Assembly (NCBI GenBank): GCA_043228905.1
Contig: JBHGNT010000008.1
Span: forward strand, 13,392,001-13,456,000
DNA: 64,000 nucleotides
Direction: 5' to 3'
Source of the DNA: Azolla caroliniana
Taxonomy: Eukaryota; Plantae; Polypodiophyta
Shown here: positions 1 through 13,360 of the stretch, one piece after another
Numbering within the stretch: position 1 is the stretch's first letter
Layout of the letters: every line of letters starts with the position of its first letter
Program-made: the position numbers and the translations under genes
The notes under the pieces: model-generated
The model's input: only the letters and a program-made list of their open reading frames with translations
What the model was told of the DNA's origin: nothing
Database searches by the model: none

Positions 1-1457
1 TGGTATCTTCTTTGGATGTGCTTGGTCCTTGAGTGGTAGGCAACATTCTTCGCAAGGTGGATGGCACTTTGATTGTCGCAGTAGAGTCAAAATTCCTCTT
101 GCTGAATTCCCAACTCTCCAATGAACTCCTTCATCCATATAACTTCCTTACCGACTTCTGCTGCAACCGTATACTCGGTTTCTGTGGTCGACAACGCCAC
201 GGGCTTTTGCAACCTCGACTGCCACGAGACAACTCCCCTTGCATAAGTCATTACATATCCGGATGTGGATTAGCTGGTATCTACATCAGCCGACATGTCT
301 GAATTTGTATAACCTTCCAATGTGGGGTTACTTGAGCTGAATCAAAGACACATGCTCGAGATGCCTCTCAGGTACCGAAGTATCCATTTGACTATTGTCC
401 AATGTTCCTTGCTAGGGTTGCTCATGAATCGGCTGACGACTCCAACTGCGTATCCAATGTCCGGCCTAGTACATACCATTGCATACATTAGGCTTTCGAC
501 TACTGAGGCATAGGGAACCTTCATCATCTTAGCTTTCTCCGCTTTCATCTTCAGACATTGGTTTTTGCTCAACATGCAGTTTGTCGGCAATGTCGAACCA
601 ACTGGTTTCGGGTCTTGCATGTTGAATCTATGGAGCACCTTTGTCACATATTTCTCCTGTGACAACCATAATAGCTTCTTGTCCGACAATTAGCATGTCG
701 TCAACATACAACAGGAGGATAAGAAAGTCTCCTCCATCATACTTCTTAACAAAGACACAATGGTCAACTTGTGTCTTGTTGAAACCATGATCCATCATGA
801 AGGATTCGAATTGTTGATACCATTGCCAAGGTGTCTACTTCAGCCCATACAAGCTCGTCCTCAATCGGCATACCAGGTTCTCTTTACCTTTCTCCACGAA
901 TCCTTCCGACTGCCACATGTAGATCTCCTCTTCAAGATCACCATGTAAAAACGTAGTCTTGACATCCAATTATCTGATTTCAAGATCCATGTTGGCCACT
1001 ATGCTCAACACCATTCGGATGGATGCCATCTTTACAACTGGGCAAAACTTTTGTCGAAATCTACACCCTTTTTCTGCTGAAAGCCTTTCATGATGATTTG
1101 CGCTTTGTATCTAGGTGTATTCCCGCCATCTCCCAGTTTCAATTCGGAGTGCCCGCTTTCCTTTCGGCAACTTGGTCAATTCGTATGTGTGGTTCTCATG
1201 CAAGGAATCCATCTCCTCTTGCATGACACTTAACCAGCTTTAGTTGTGGGTATTGCACTTAGCTTACTTGAAGCTTTTCGATTCCCCCTCATTGGTTAGC
1301 AATACACGTTCTTCAAATTCTAGAAATCTACGGGGGGCCCTCAGGGGCCCCTCCTATCTCTTTGGGGATATCTTCGGCCTCCATTCGTCATAGTGGGTTC
1401 TTCTTCGTCTTCTTCGGCCGAGTCAGATTTGGCTCTTTGTTTAGCCGGTTCCTCTTG
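1..1457 (-). mobile_element. Ty1/copia element A, 3' part (decayed RT/RNase H with internal deletions)
   Basis: ORF 342..689 (YASVVESLMYAMVCTRPDIGYAVGVVSRFMSNP) is copia RT. The element continues at 28205 after the insertion of element C. Confidence 0.9.
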
Positions 1458-2353
1458 TGTTCAATGCGGGTCTCTAATGAACGTATTCACATTGTCTCCT
1501 TTTGTACCCACTAGGTTTAGGGTATTTATGTAAATAGTGAGAGTGGTAGTTGCCCTAAGTAAGTCAGTATATAAACTGACTTTGTAACCTAGTTTGGTGG
1601 TTGATTGATTCTGTCTCTAATTGCCATCAATCTACATTGCTTGCATCCACATATGATCCTCACATGAGGAGAGTGTTGAGATTGTTCCGTACCTAGACGG
1701 TTGCGTTCCCAACATCTTGATAGGAATTGACCAGCCACAACCAGTTGCACATTCGTATTAGGGTGTAGAAACCAAATACTAGTACACAGATAGAAAAACG
1801 CGAAGACACAGAGACACCAATATTTCACGTGGAAAACCCGAAATGGGAAAAACCACAAGGGTTTACAAACCCTGAGAAAACAGATCACTATGGTAGAGAG
1901 GAAGTACAGTACGGAACTCAGAGGGAACGACCTCAAGTTCTCGTTGTGACAAACGGCTATAGAGTTACACTCTCACTCTCTCACTCACGGTTACAGAGGC
2001 AACTACCTCGTTCTAACTTTACAATAATTGATCTACAACATAAAGTTTTCCCTAGTTGCTTATAAACAAAAACAACTTTATGGATATTTACAAGTATAGT
2101 CCCCAAGAGACATTTTAGACTATTTACAATTATAGTCTTCCGAAATGATTTCAGTTTTCGATTTCGGTTTCGGCCTCGGCCAAGTTACTCACCAACTTGG
2201 TTCTTCTCTTCCCATCCGGTGGGACTTGTATCCCAACAAACTCCCCCTTCACTCCGACATGGGGTACTTCACCAAACTGACCCTCTATCGGCACGTGTTT
2301 AGCTTTTCAGCTAACAACACCTTCGCCATCATATTGATCCATTTTCGGTTGTG

Positions 2354-2377
2354 GGGTGGAAGCACGCTACGGTGTAC
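2354..2377 (+). repeat. Left TIR of the Sola2-like element
   Basis: gggtggaagcacgctacggtgtac; inverted match to 18676-18699. Confidence 0.92.
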
Positions 2378-2899
2378 AAGAAAAGTACTGTTTTTGGTCA
2401 CAAAAATTGACAGTACTTTTGATATTGTTAGTACTGAATAATTCAAAAAAAAAAAAATCGATTTTGGAGAGTGGGGTGACTGTAGTACAAGTGTCATTTA
2501 CTACAAGGAGTGGGGGGAACACGTGAGGAGATGTTCTTTCCATTTTGGGGGCTATTTTCCCCTCACGTCGATTTTGGCGCTTCCCCTCACGTCGTTTTTG
2601 GCGGTTCCCTTCATACTCCTCTTCCTCTATCCCTTTGAACTCTTCATCTCAGACATCCATGTCACGTTTCTGCTTTTCCTCCAATCTAAGAGTTTTGTTA
2701 GGGTTTAGGGAGAAAATCTCAGACATCCATGTTAGGTTGGAGCTTTTGAGTTAAGGATTTCTGGTTTTTTTAGGGTTTAGGTTGAGGAACAGACACTGTT
2801 CTCAAGCCTCTTATAACAGCCAATAGTGACTTCTTCGACACCGACTTTCTTACTTCCTACGATTATAATTTATGTCGTGGTGATTTGGGGCTTTTTCCA

Positions 2900-3372
2900 T
2901 CGAGGCGAGGGTCCTTCCACCGAATCCAGGCGGCATATGACAAAGATTCAAGGCGCCCTCCACCATTGGAGGTTCCTTCCACTAAATCAAGGCGGCATAT
3001 CACAAAGATTCAAGGCGCCCTCCACCATTGGAGGTTCTTTCTAACAAATTGAAGCGGCATATTACACAGAATCAATGCTCCCGCCACCATTGGAGGTTCC
3101 TTGCATCCAATTTTTTATTTTCAGGACTAAAATTTTTCATTTCTTCATTTTTCATTACTAAATTTTTAGATTTTACAATTGTCAAATTTGTACGTCGTGC
3201 TTCCACCATTGGAGGTTCCTTCTAGCAAATCGAGGCAACATATCACACTGATCAACGCTCCCGCCACCATTGGAGGTTCCTTCCATCCATTTTTTTATTT
3301 TCAGGACTAAAATTTTTCATTTCTTCATTTTTCAGTACTAAATTTTTAGATTTTACAATTGTCATATTTGAT
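2900..3372. repeat. Subterminal direct repeats upstream of the transposase
   Basis: ccaccattggaggttc occurs about 5 times, and a block of roughly 140 bp is duplicated at about 180-bp spacing. Confidence 0.8.
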
Positions 3373-3518
3373 CCGTAATTCTAATGTTCGAAACAAATTA
3401 TTTCTCACTTTGCAGGCCACATTTTAAAACATTTGAATGTGTTTTCTTAGTGTAGTTTATATAACATTAACTACTCTCGCCGGACACTTAATTTTTTTGG
3501 GATAAATCTAGTGACCAA

Positions 3519-6500
3519 ATGGGGGTCCCCAACGAGAGTGAGTTGTCAAGTAACTCATGTATATCTGAAAGGACCAAGAGACGGGTGGTTCTTCACATAG
3601 TCCGTTATTTTGTAGAAATAACGAAGAGATTTAGTGAAGAGGATCGTAGGGATATTATATGTAGAGTGTTACACCATCAACGTTTGAATGAAGACATGGA
3701 GAGAATAAAATTTAGGGACCAATGTGTTTCAGAAGAGATTGTAGAGTCTATGAAGTCATCCCTAGACTTAGTGAAAGGTGTAGAGAGCATAGACAAACTT
3801 GTTGCAAAGAGGGCAACCCTACACATGGTTTTGAATGGTGCGAGAGAAAAAAAAATATAGTGATACTAAAGCTACCTTAGCCTTGGGTATTCAAAGAAGG
3901 AACTTGAGGAAACATCGCCGAAATATACACTCAAGCCAATTCAAGTGGCTGGGGTTGGGACGTAGATGACGATGAGATGCCTTATCTCAAGAGATTATTG
4001 AGAAAGTGGATTCATTTTGGGCCAAAAATATGCGTGTCTCACCAAATAAGAAGGACGTGTGTAGACAACGAATAAGTCAGGGTAAGTACCAGATTCACCC
4101 TAGACACTTCTTGGAGATGACAGAGGTATTCCATTTTTTTATATCAATTCACATTCCATAAATTTGTGTTTTGACCAAGTGTATATTAATGTTTGCTATA
4201 TATATTGGTTGATGTAGGCTGAATTGTACATGAACTTTAAAGACCAACATCCAAGCTTGACTGTTGGATTCCGCAAGTTCCAAGGTTTGAAACCATTTTA
4301 TGTTAGAAAATTAAATGAGAGGAATACATGTTGTTGTGTGTACCACGTAAAGATGAACATGTTAAGGCTAGGAGTGAATGCAATGCGTACTGATTCTAAG
4401 GGTATACACGGGGAATTATGTGTCTACACTTGTGAGGTTTGTAAACCAAATGGGGAGGATAATAGGTGTAATGCACGAAACACGACTTATGCACCCGTTT
4501 CTGAGCTATGGAGGTCTTGTGTTTGTGAAGAAGAACCATCATGTGAGTGGCATCGTCATACATGTCTATTAAGAACATGTAAGGTTTGTCCGCTACCATT
4601 ATTTTGTAGGCAGAGCTTGATTTGGGAAACAATCATATCATGAAATGGAAATATTTAGAGTATGTGACTGAAAATATTGGCAAGGGACTTGTAACTAAGC
4701 ATATCAAGGAAGTATATAAGGAGACATGTGCTGCTGCCCTTGTCTTAGAATTTAAGAAACAACTTGGGGAGTTCATTCCACATAACTTCCGGAGTTATTG
4801 GCAAAATTCACAGTTCAAGGAATGTATTAATAACTTACCAATGGGTGTCATTGTATCCGTTATTGACTTTGCAGAAAACTATACATTTAAAGTTCAAAAT
4901 GAGGTTCAATCAATGCATTGGTACAATGATCAATGTACAATACTTGTACATATTTGCTATTGGAGGCAAGACAGTGAGTTACATAAGAAATCAATATTTT
5001 ACATTTCAGATGATAAAAAGCATGATAGACTATTTGTTCAACATTGTTTTAAGCTTCACCATGCAGATTTATTGTCTCTAGGGTTAACCTTTAACCGTCA
5101 TTGGGTTTGGTCTGATGGTGCTGCCTCGCAGTTTAAGGCGGCACGATCGTTCTACTTTATCGCCAGGTAATTTTTAATCCATATGTTTAGTACTTATCAT
5201 GCAATGTGTAAGGAAGTGATTCTTGTGTTAGTGCATGCATACTAATTATGTTTGTAACTATTCACACACAGTACTATTGACATGGATGCATACTAATTAT
5301 GTTTGTAACTATTCAAACACAACACTATTCACATGGATGCATGCATACAAATTTTGTTTGTAACTAAGTTAACTGTTCTTGATTGATCAAATAGTACTAT
5401 CCTGTCATGTGAATATGTGTTTATTATCTTTTAATCCATGTGAAGTGTTCTCCATAGACAAAGTGTACTATGTTGTGTGTTGTATCTTTACTAAATTAGT
5501 ATTTACTGAAGAATGTAAAGTACTCGTACTGTACTCTATAGTATTGTCCGTCCTTAAGAGAATTGTACTAATTATCTTTAATCCATGTGAAGTGTTCTCC
5601 ATAGACACATTGTACTATGTTGTGTGTTGTATCTGTACTAAATCAGTATTTACAAAAGGATGTAAAGTACTCGTCTTGTACTCATAGTATTGTCTGTCCT
5701 TAAGAGAATTGTACTAATTATCTTTTAATCCATGTAAAGTGTTCTCCATAGACACATTGTACTATGTTGTGTGTTGTATCTGTACTATGTTGTGTTTACA
5801 GAAGGATGTAAAGTACTCGTCTTGTACTCATAGTATTGTCCATCCTTAAGAGAATTGTACTAATTATCTTTTAATCCATGTGAAGTGTTCTCCATAGACA
5901 CATCGTACTATGTTGTATGTTGTATTTGTACTAAATCAGTATTTACTGAAGGATGTAAAGTACTCGTCTTGTACTCATAGTATTGTCCGTCCTTAAGAGA
6001 ATTGTACTAATCATCTTTTAATCCATGTGAAGTGTTCTCCATAGACACATTGTACTATGTTGTGTGTTGTATCTGTATTAAATCAGTATTTACTCAACTT
6101 GTACTCATAGTATTGATCGTCCTTAAGAGAATTGTACTAATTATCTTTTAATCCATGTTGAGGGTTTTCCATGGACACTGTATTGTACTATGTGTTGTAT
6201 TTGTACTAAAGAAGTAATTATCGAAGGATGTAAAGTACATGTCTTTTACTCATAGTACTGTCCTAGATTGAAGAGTTTGTACTAATTATCTATTAATCAA
6301 TGTTGAGTGTTCTCCATGAACACACTGTATTGTACTTGGTGTTGTATCTATACTAAATCAGTAATTATCAGAAGATGTAAAGTACATGTCTTGTACTCAT
6401 AGTGCTGTCTTATATTGAAGAGTTCGTACTACTTATCTATTAATCCATGCTGAGTGTTCTCCATGAACACACTGTATTGTACTATGTGTTGTATCTATAC

Positions 6501-7847
6501 TAAATCAGTGTTTATTGGGGGATGTAAAGTACATGTGTTGTAGTACTAATTATCTTCTAAGGAGGGTTGTGTTCTCTGTGGACACATTGTAATGTATTGT
6601 GTATTGTATCTATACTAAATCAGTATTAATGAATGTAAAGTACTCGTCGTCAGCAACATAGTACTATCTGATATTGAAGAGTTTGTACTATTTATCTGTT
6701 AATTCATGTAGAGTGTTTTCCATGAATTCATTGTACTATGCTTTGTGCTGTATCCATACTAAATTAGTATTAATGGATGCCAAGTTCACATGGTTGACAA
6801 CATAGTACTATTTATCTTTTAATAAGTGTAGAGTGTTCCCAATGGATACGTTGTGCTATGCTTTATTTTGTATTTGTACTAAATCAGTATTAATGGATGT
6901 GTAGTACTCTCGATTGACAACATAGTACTAATTTTGTTGGAAACCTGAGATACAAAAGCAGGTATTTCTCCTTATTCAACATTCGTATGCAATGGAACTA
7001 CTTCGGGTTTGGACATGGAAAAGGAGAGCATGATGGCGCGTGGGCTTTGATCAAACATGCCCTTACAAGTGAGCAGTTGGATAATAATGGTGCCAAGTTA
7101 CAAAATGCACATGATGTTGTGTAGTGGCTAACATGGAAGATGTCAAATGATGGTAAGAACAGATTGTTTGTTCAAGTTCGCGCTAATGAGGTTGATAGAA
7201 CTAAATCATATGGTTGTAAAACTGTGAAAGGCACACGCAACACCCATTGTGTATTAGGGTTTAGCCGCAAGGACACAACACAATTGTTACTCCATACTTT
7301 ATCATGCTTTTGTTCCATGTGTATAGATGAAGCTTGGGATAAATGCATCAACCTATCAATCGTCGAGGCTTGGAAGCTGCAGAAGCTTGAGCCTGAATGA
7401 CAAGATGATATTGAAGAGGATGCGCATTCAAACGATATTGTATACTACAACCAACATCAAGACTTGGCAGTTTTATTGGAAGTTGGAGATCATTTTGCAG
7501 TGCTCAAATCTCCTCAGAATGAAGATTTAGAAGACTACTACATTGTGGTGTGCAAGCAAGGCAAGACATTATTGAAAGAAGTGGTGAGGGATGGCTGGGG
7601 CAACAATTTCAACCTTGGTGAGTTTGTCGTGTATGGAAACTATTATGCAAAGTTGCCGCAGTGCAAGAACACATATGCATTACTAAAAGAAGCACCGATC
7701 GCAATAATCTATGCTGATGCCATTCTTGCGATCAAATTCAATATGACTCAAGCAAAGCACAAGGTTAAGGGATACAACACTGTCTACAAGGTCCCCCAAG
7801 AGGTTCATGAGCACATATTAGGGGAGGTCTCTCTATTTAATGCTTGA
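3519..7847 (+). pseudogene. Sola2-type DDD transposase, 3 exons (3519-4125, 4218-5166, 6962-7847), disabled by frameshifts and stops
   Basis: GT-AG introns 4126-4217 and 5167-6961 join in frame (...FYFIAR|YFSLFNIRMQWNYFGFGHGKGEHDG...). Catalytic D residues lie in IDFAEN, WSDGA and HDG. Cys-rich region RNTCCCVYH...CEVC...CVC. Premature stops at about 7122 and 7398. Confidence 0.85.
5420..6930. repeat. About 147-bp tandem repeat (about 10 copies, degenerating rightward) inside transposase intron 2
   Basis: The anchor atccatg recurs at 5434, 5581, 5728, 5874, 6021, 6151 and beyond. Confidence 0.92.
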
Positions 7848-9031
7848 AAGTCACCCTATCAATACATTGTACCAGAAAACTGAAAAACACCCACTTCTAG
7901 TTCACTATTTGATGTATTGATATATTAATTTTGATGATTGACAAATGAATCGATATAATTCCTCTTTCTTCTATTATGTATTACGAATCGATATATTTGA
8001 TGTATTGAGACTATTTATTGAGCTTGTATTGTAAGTGTTTATGGTAATTATAGAGTTGCTTGTTTCCATGGTTTAAGGTGTGAAGTCTTCAATACTTCTG
8101 TATTGTTAGTGTTTATGGTAATTATAGAGTTGCTTGTTTCTATGGTTTAAGGTGTGAAGTCTTGAATACTTAGTAGGCTAAATATGGCCCAAACTTATTC
8201 AACTATCAAGTCTCTATTGTGTGCACTCAAGCCATTATTCAACTCTAACCATGTGCACTCAAGGAGACCATACTTCGCAAGTATCAATATACATATTAGT
8301 ACTAACGCAAGTATCAATATACATATTAGTTTAGTACTAATGTCAATTGCAAGTATGTCAATTGCAAGTATTAAGTAATACATAGCATTCTCCCAATGTC
8401 AATTGCAAGTATTAAGTAATACATTGTAGTCTCCCAAAGTATCTCAGTTAGACGGATACATACATCTGATGTAAAGTTCGGTTGCATGACAGTATATACC
8501 AGTCTTCTAAATCTTCATCTGGTATAACGAACTGTATATAACATCTCAGTTAACAATATAGAATTTTATTTGTAATCAACACAATCATGGCTGCATGGGA
8601 GTGTACTTGGGAGTGTGATAAATTTGTACCTTCCTCACCAAAGATCATTTCAGAATTAGCAATATAGAAATTCAGATTACACTACAAGAGTTAACAATAG
8701 AATAAATTTTCATTCTCTACAATTGGCAATATAGAATTTCACACTGGTATAACTACTAGATTTTGGTATACCAAATAGTTCAATTTCAGACATCACTAAC
8801 AGTTCAGCTAAAGTTCAAGTACAATCGAAAGACAATCGAAAGACAATCGAAAGACACTAGTATAACTATTTCAGATAAATGAGACAGTATTTTGGTATAC
8901 CAAATAGTTCAATTTCTCACATCACTAATAGTTCAGCTAAAGTTCAAGTACAATCGAAAGACAATCAGGCACTAGAGGGCAATTTGGCTGATCTTGTAAT
9001 GCGCTTGTTGTTGGTGCCAGTTTTTTTCTGA

Positions 9032-12000
9032 TTATACATTCTTCTTTATCTTAAAGCCTTTAGGTATCAGCTGACTAAGTGGCACTTCATCATCAGAGGC
9101 ATCAGAGACAAGCGTGGATGCACGGGCACCTTGTACTAGTGGCAAGCTTGAGAGACCAACTGTGTTTTCTGCAACTGCAATGCTTGTACACACATCCACA
9201 AAGGTGCTGTCGATAGAAAAATTATCACTCATCTCCTAAATGTGGGTTGTTTTAGTACTCATGTTGTTGATAGTATGCTCAGTCTCAGTACAATTAGGCT
9301 CCTGTATGTGGGCTACAACAATACTCCTAGCGAACTCTTGGCTGGTCATAGTCACCTCATTCTTAAGACCATTGTGCTCTCCTTCTTGGTTCAACTCCTC
9401 TTGTACGGTGGCTATCACCTCATTCTTAAGAGAACCGTGTTCCCCTTCTTCGGTGGTCTTTATTGCCTGGTCCTCATGGGTGATGCTAGTAGGCTCCCCT
9501 TCATTAGTAACGATGTTCTTTCCACAATCCTCATGGGATTCTTTAGACATTACTAGCACATTCTCAGTACAATCAGGCTCCTCTTCAGTACTAGCAATGT
9601 TCTTTCCACAATCCTCATGGGATTCTTTAGACACTACAGATACATTCTCAGTACAATCAGTCTTCTCTTCAGTACTTGCCATATTCTTTCCACACTCCTC
9701 ATGGGCTTCTTTAGACAAATTATTGTTTGTACATGCTAGCTGCTCTTCAAATATGAATGCTTCGTTTTTCTCACAGTCCTCATGTGTGGAAGATGTGCTT
9801 CCAGAGTCTGCCTCCGTGAAAAGGTTAATCCCAAAATCTGACTTTGCACTTGTGCTCCATATAGTTCTCGATTCATTTGATTGCAATTGGGAATCAGACT
9901 GCTCTTGTAAACCTAAATAATGGGATTCCAAAGAATATTAGTATCAACTCACATACTCAAAAGTTTGCAAACATACCAACAACAATGAACGTAGGGTTAA
10001 GAGCCACTTTTTTACCTATTGTTACATCGTCATACTGTACAGCCGTAGATACCCCATTGCAAGTGGTAGGCTCGGTCATCTTCTCCACAACATCTAAGTG
10101 CTCAACAGGGTTGTTATGATCTATAAAATGCACCAAAAGCAACACTATCATAGGGTTGTTATGATCTAAATCATTGTTTTCAAAAACCGGCTTTTGACGT
10201 GTACCTGGGAGTGTGATAAATTCGTCTTCACGATTAGGTTTTGGACTCGTATCTCCCTCACCAAAGATCATTTCGTCATCAGCTAGTAACACAAGTACAT
10301 GGTATTAGACAATGCATTAAGTTGACAACTCTCCGGATAGGTGAGAACATATATGACTCACCATTGCATTCAACTTTGCCTTTCTTGCCCTTTCCATACA
10401 ACATTCTTGCAACATTCCTCTTCTTAGTTGGCTCTATTTCTAAAGAAATTAGGCATTCAACACTTTCTCAAATGAGAATTAAGATATGTTGGCAAAATTT
10501 GTGTTACCTGAATTGTTTTGATGTTGATTGGAGCTTGGGGAATTTGTTTGTAGAAGCATATGTTCCTCTGCTCCAATGGCCCTTCTCATACCTTCATCTT
10601 CATCATAAAACTCATAGGTTATTGGTAATGATGCTCCCTGAACCTTGGAATATTCAGCAAATACCGAGGGTTTAGGCATAGGGGCTGGTTGTTCCATTAC
10701 CTTCCCTGGTGTGGAGTTGCTTGACACTACAACATTCATTGCAAGAAACCAAAAAACCTTCAAGATTAGTACCGTGATATAAAATATACAATGTAGGTCA
10801 CAAGAGCTGCATTACTAATTCATTAAGCTACACCTAGTTCCCAATTTACACAAGTAGTACTAATCATGAACAATGTACTACTCACTTAGTTCCCAATTTA
10901 CACAAGTAGTACTAATCATGAACAATGTACCACTCACATAGTTGCCAAATTACACAAATAGTACTAATCATGAACAATGTACTAATCCTGAACAATATAC
11001 TATTCACTTAGTTCCTAAATTACTGAACTAGTACTAATAAGGAACAGAAGTAGTACTAATAATGAACAATGTATTGCTCACTTAGTTCCCAATTTACACA
11101 AGTAGTACTAATCATGCACAATGCACTACTCACTTAGTTCCCAAATTACACAAGGAGTACTAATCCTGAACAATGTACTACTCACTTAGTTCCCAAATTA
11201 CAAAACTAGTACTAATCATGAGCAATGTACTACTCACTTAGTTCCCAATTTACAAAACTAGTACTAATCATGAGCAATGTACTACTCACTTAGTTCCCAA
11301 TTTACAAAACTAGTACTAATCATGAACAATGTACTACTCGCTAAGTACTAATTGTCAACAATGTACAAGTATAGTGTGTACTAACACTAGTATTAGGCAC
11401 GTTGTAATATAGATTGGACTAACATCTAATCCAACAAATGTAGATTGGATTTTAGTACTAACGTGGTATTTTGCACACAAGTAATACTAAACGTGATATG
11501 TGTTCTACACACTAATTGCATAACTTGTACTAATTACACCAACAATATTAATCTTGAATAGTATTAGTACTAAACGTGATATGTGTTTGACACACCTCAT
11601 TTCCAAATTACACAAACTGTACTAATATTCAACAATTTACTATACACCTTGTTCCCAAATTACATAACTAGTACTAATTCCCAAGTTACACAAACAATAC
11701 TAACAGTCAATAGTGTACTACAAGTATAGTGTCTACTAAACTAGTACTAGGCAAGTTGCAATATAGATTGGACGATGCTGTACCTGGCTCCCTTTTAGTA
11801 CTAATTTTGGAAAATATCCCTTCAACTACACATACCAATTATATATTAAGAGTACTGCCAATACTAACCCACATAATTAGGGTTCCACATATTAGTTGTT
11901 AGAGATACACTAATACTAATCCATTACTCTCCTAAATTTGAAGTATGAATTGTGGCGTACACTAGTTCTAATCCAAATGTAAATTGACATCATATAATAC

Positions 12001-13360
12001 AAACAATAGAATAGTAGAGCCACATACCGTACGGGTGTACTTTTAAACCCCAAGCATAGTACCACTCAGCTGCAATTGTAGTTTTACAGTCCATACATGT
12101 ATTCTCTTTCTCAAAATGATACTTAGCACATAACACATGATATGTGTGCAAACACGGTGTAATCACAACATCCATAGCCTCCAGCTTGAATCTGAGGCCA
12201 CAAAATATACACTTGGCAGATTGCAAACACAAGTTATAATATATTAGCTAATATGATATTTATACCACAGAAGTAGAAATAAATAACTTTTAAAGCCAAT
12301 ACCGTGATATAGCTATACTAGTAATGGTACTTTCCATACCACTTGGGTGCTCAATTACAAATAGACACAAAGTTTCAAAACCTTTTTGTTTTAAATCTTG
12401 CATCAAGCACGCAAGGTTCTCGGAATGCAACTTTAAAGCTGACAACTTATTATCTATTTCGGAATGTGCATTCCAGCAAGTATCAAGGTCTCTCATATGT
12501 GAACCTAATTGAGTGCCCATATTGTTTAGCTCTTTCTTCAACTCCTCTTTCAACACCTCACTTTCTGAATTTTGGATTGTCAATGCAATCCATTCATATG
12601 TAGTCTTTAATGAAGAGAATTTCTTTTCTGCTTGTATCTCAGCTGATTTAACTGCTTCCAAATCAACAAGTAGTTCTTGTATTCTTGAGCTCATAGATGC
12701 TATGCAATTGGCCATCATCTGTTCATTCTTTTCAGTCATTGTGAACCGTACCTTTGCAGATTGAACTTGGTGGACATGTGTTGTAGCCGGAATATCCACA
12801 TGAGAGGTTCCTGATGACTTCAAGCTAGTGTTGGTATTGGAGAACCCTTTATAATGTTATGACTGGTGCCGATTAAAATCTTCCCAATCTACGTCGATGC
12901 CACCCTGGACTTCACATGCAAATGCACGTGCAAAAACAGTACCCACCTCATTGTTACAGATTTGATTTGTATCATAAACATGTTCATATCTCGTATTCAA
13001 TAAGTTCACATATTCCCTCTTCAATCCACTTATGTGGAATCCTCGCCTTGTATCGGGATGTGCTGACCCCCAGGTTTTTATCAACCACTCTCTTAGCTCA
13101 GGATAAACTTCAGGTCGTGCTCGAAGGAAATAACTCAATCCGAGAGGTGTGTCTCGAATGAGGGAGTGGTACATCTTCTTTCTCTGTGTTGATGAATTCA
13201 TCACCCTTTCTCTTGTGGGTGTCTTCTTGCTTTCTTTGAGAGGTGTCCTTTTTCCTTCCTTCAATGGTGTCTTCACTTTCTCTTTCATCAATGTCTTCTT
13301 TATGGGTGTCCTTCTCGTCATTGTCCTAGTCATCACTATTCTTGTTGAATGAATATGCAT
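9032..13360 (-). pseudogene. Multi-exon accessory gene: basic N-terminus, coiled coil, RING-H2 finger, acidic repeat tail
   Basis: Exons at about 13360-12303, about 12248-12028, 10726-10508, 10439-10362, 10282-9977 and 9912-9032. The last five join in frame through four phase-1 GT-AG introns; the first junction is not resolved. RING-H2 C-x2-C-x15-C-x-H-x2-H-x2-C-x10-C-x2-C at about 12086-12211. In-frame stops at 12857 and 9236. A possible upstream exon lies at about 13822-13897. Confidence 0.8.
10830..11800. repeat. 52-bp tandem repeat (degenerating) inside the large intron of the RING gene
   Basis: Unit tagtactaatcatgaacaatgtactactcacttagttcccaatttacacaag, with anchors at 11207, 11259 and 11311. 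Confidence 0.9.

Noticed and set aside
1458-1719. Solo LTR with an apparent TCTTG TSD
   Set aside because: The right-hand tcttg is coincidental: it is the end of B's TSD (catct) plus the TG of B's LTR. The true partner LTR and TSD are at 27887-28209.
5379-5687. Hydrophobic 102-aa ORF
   Set aside because: It is a translation of the 147-bp repeat inside a GT-AG intron.
9240-9920. 226-aa Ser-rich + strand ORF (likewise 49216..50382 on the - strand)
   Set aside because: These are antisense shadows of Glu/Lys-rich ORFs on the opposite strand.
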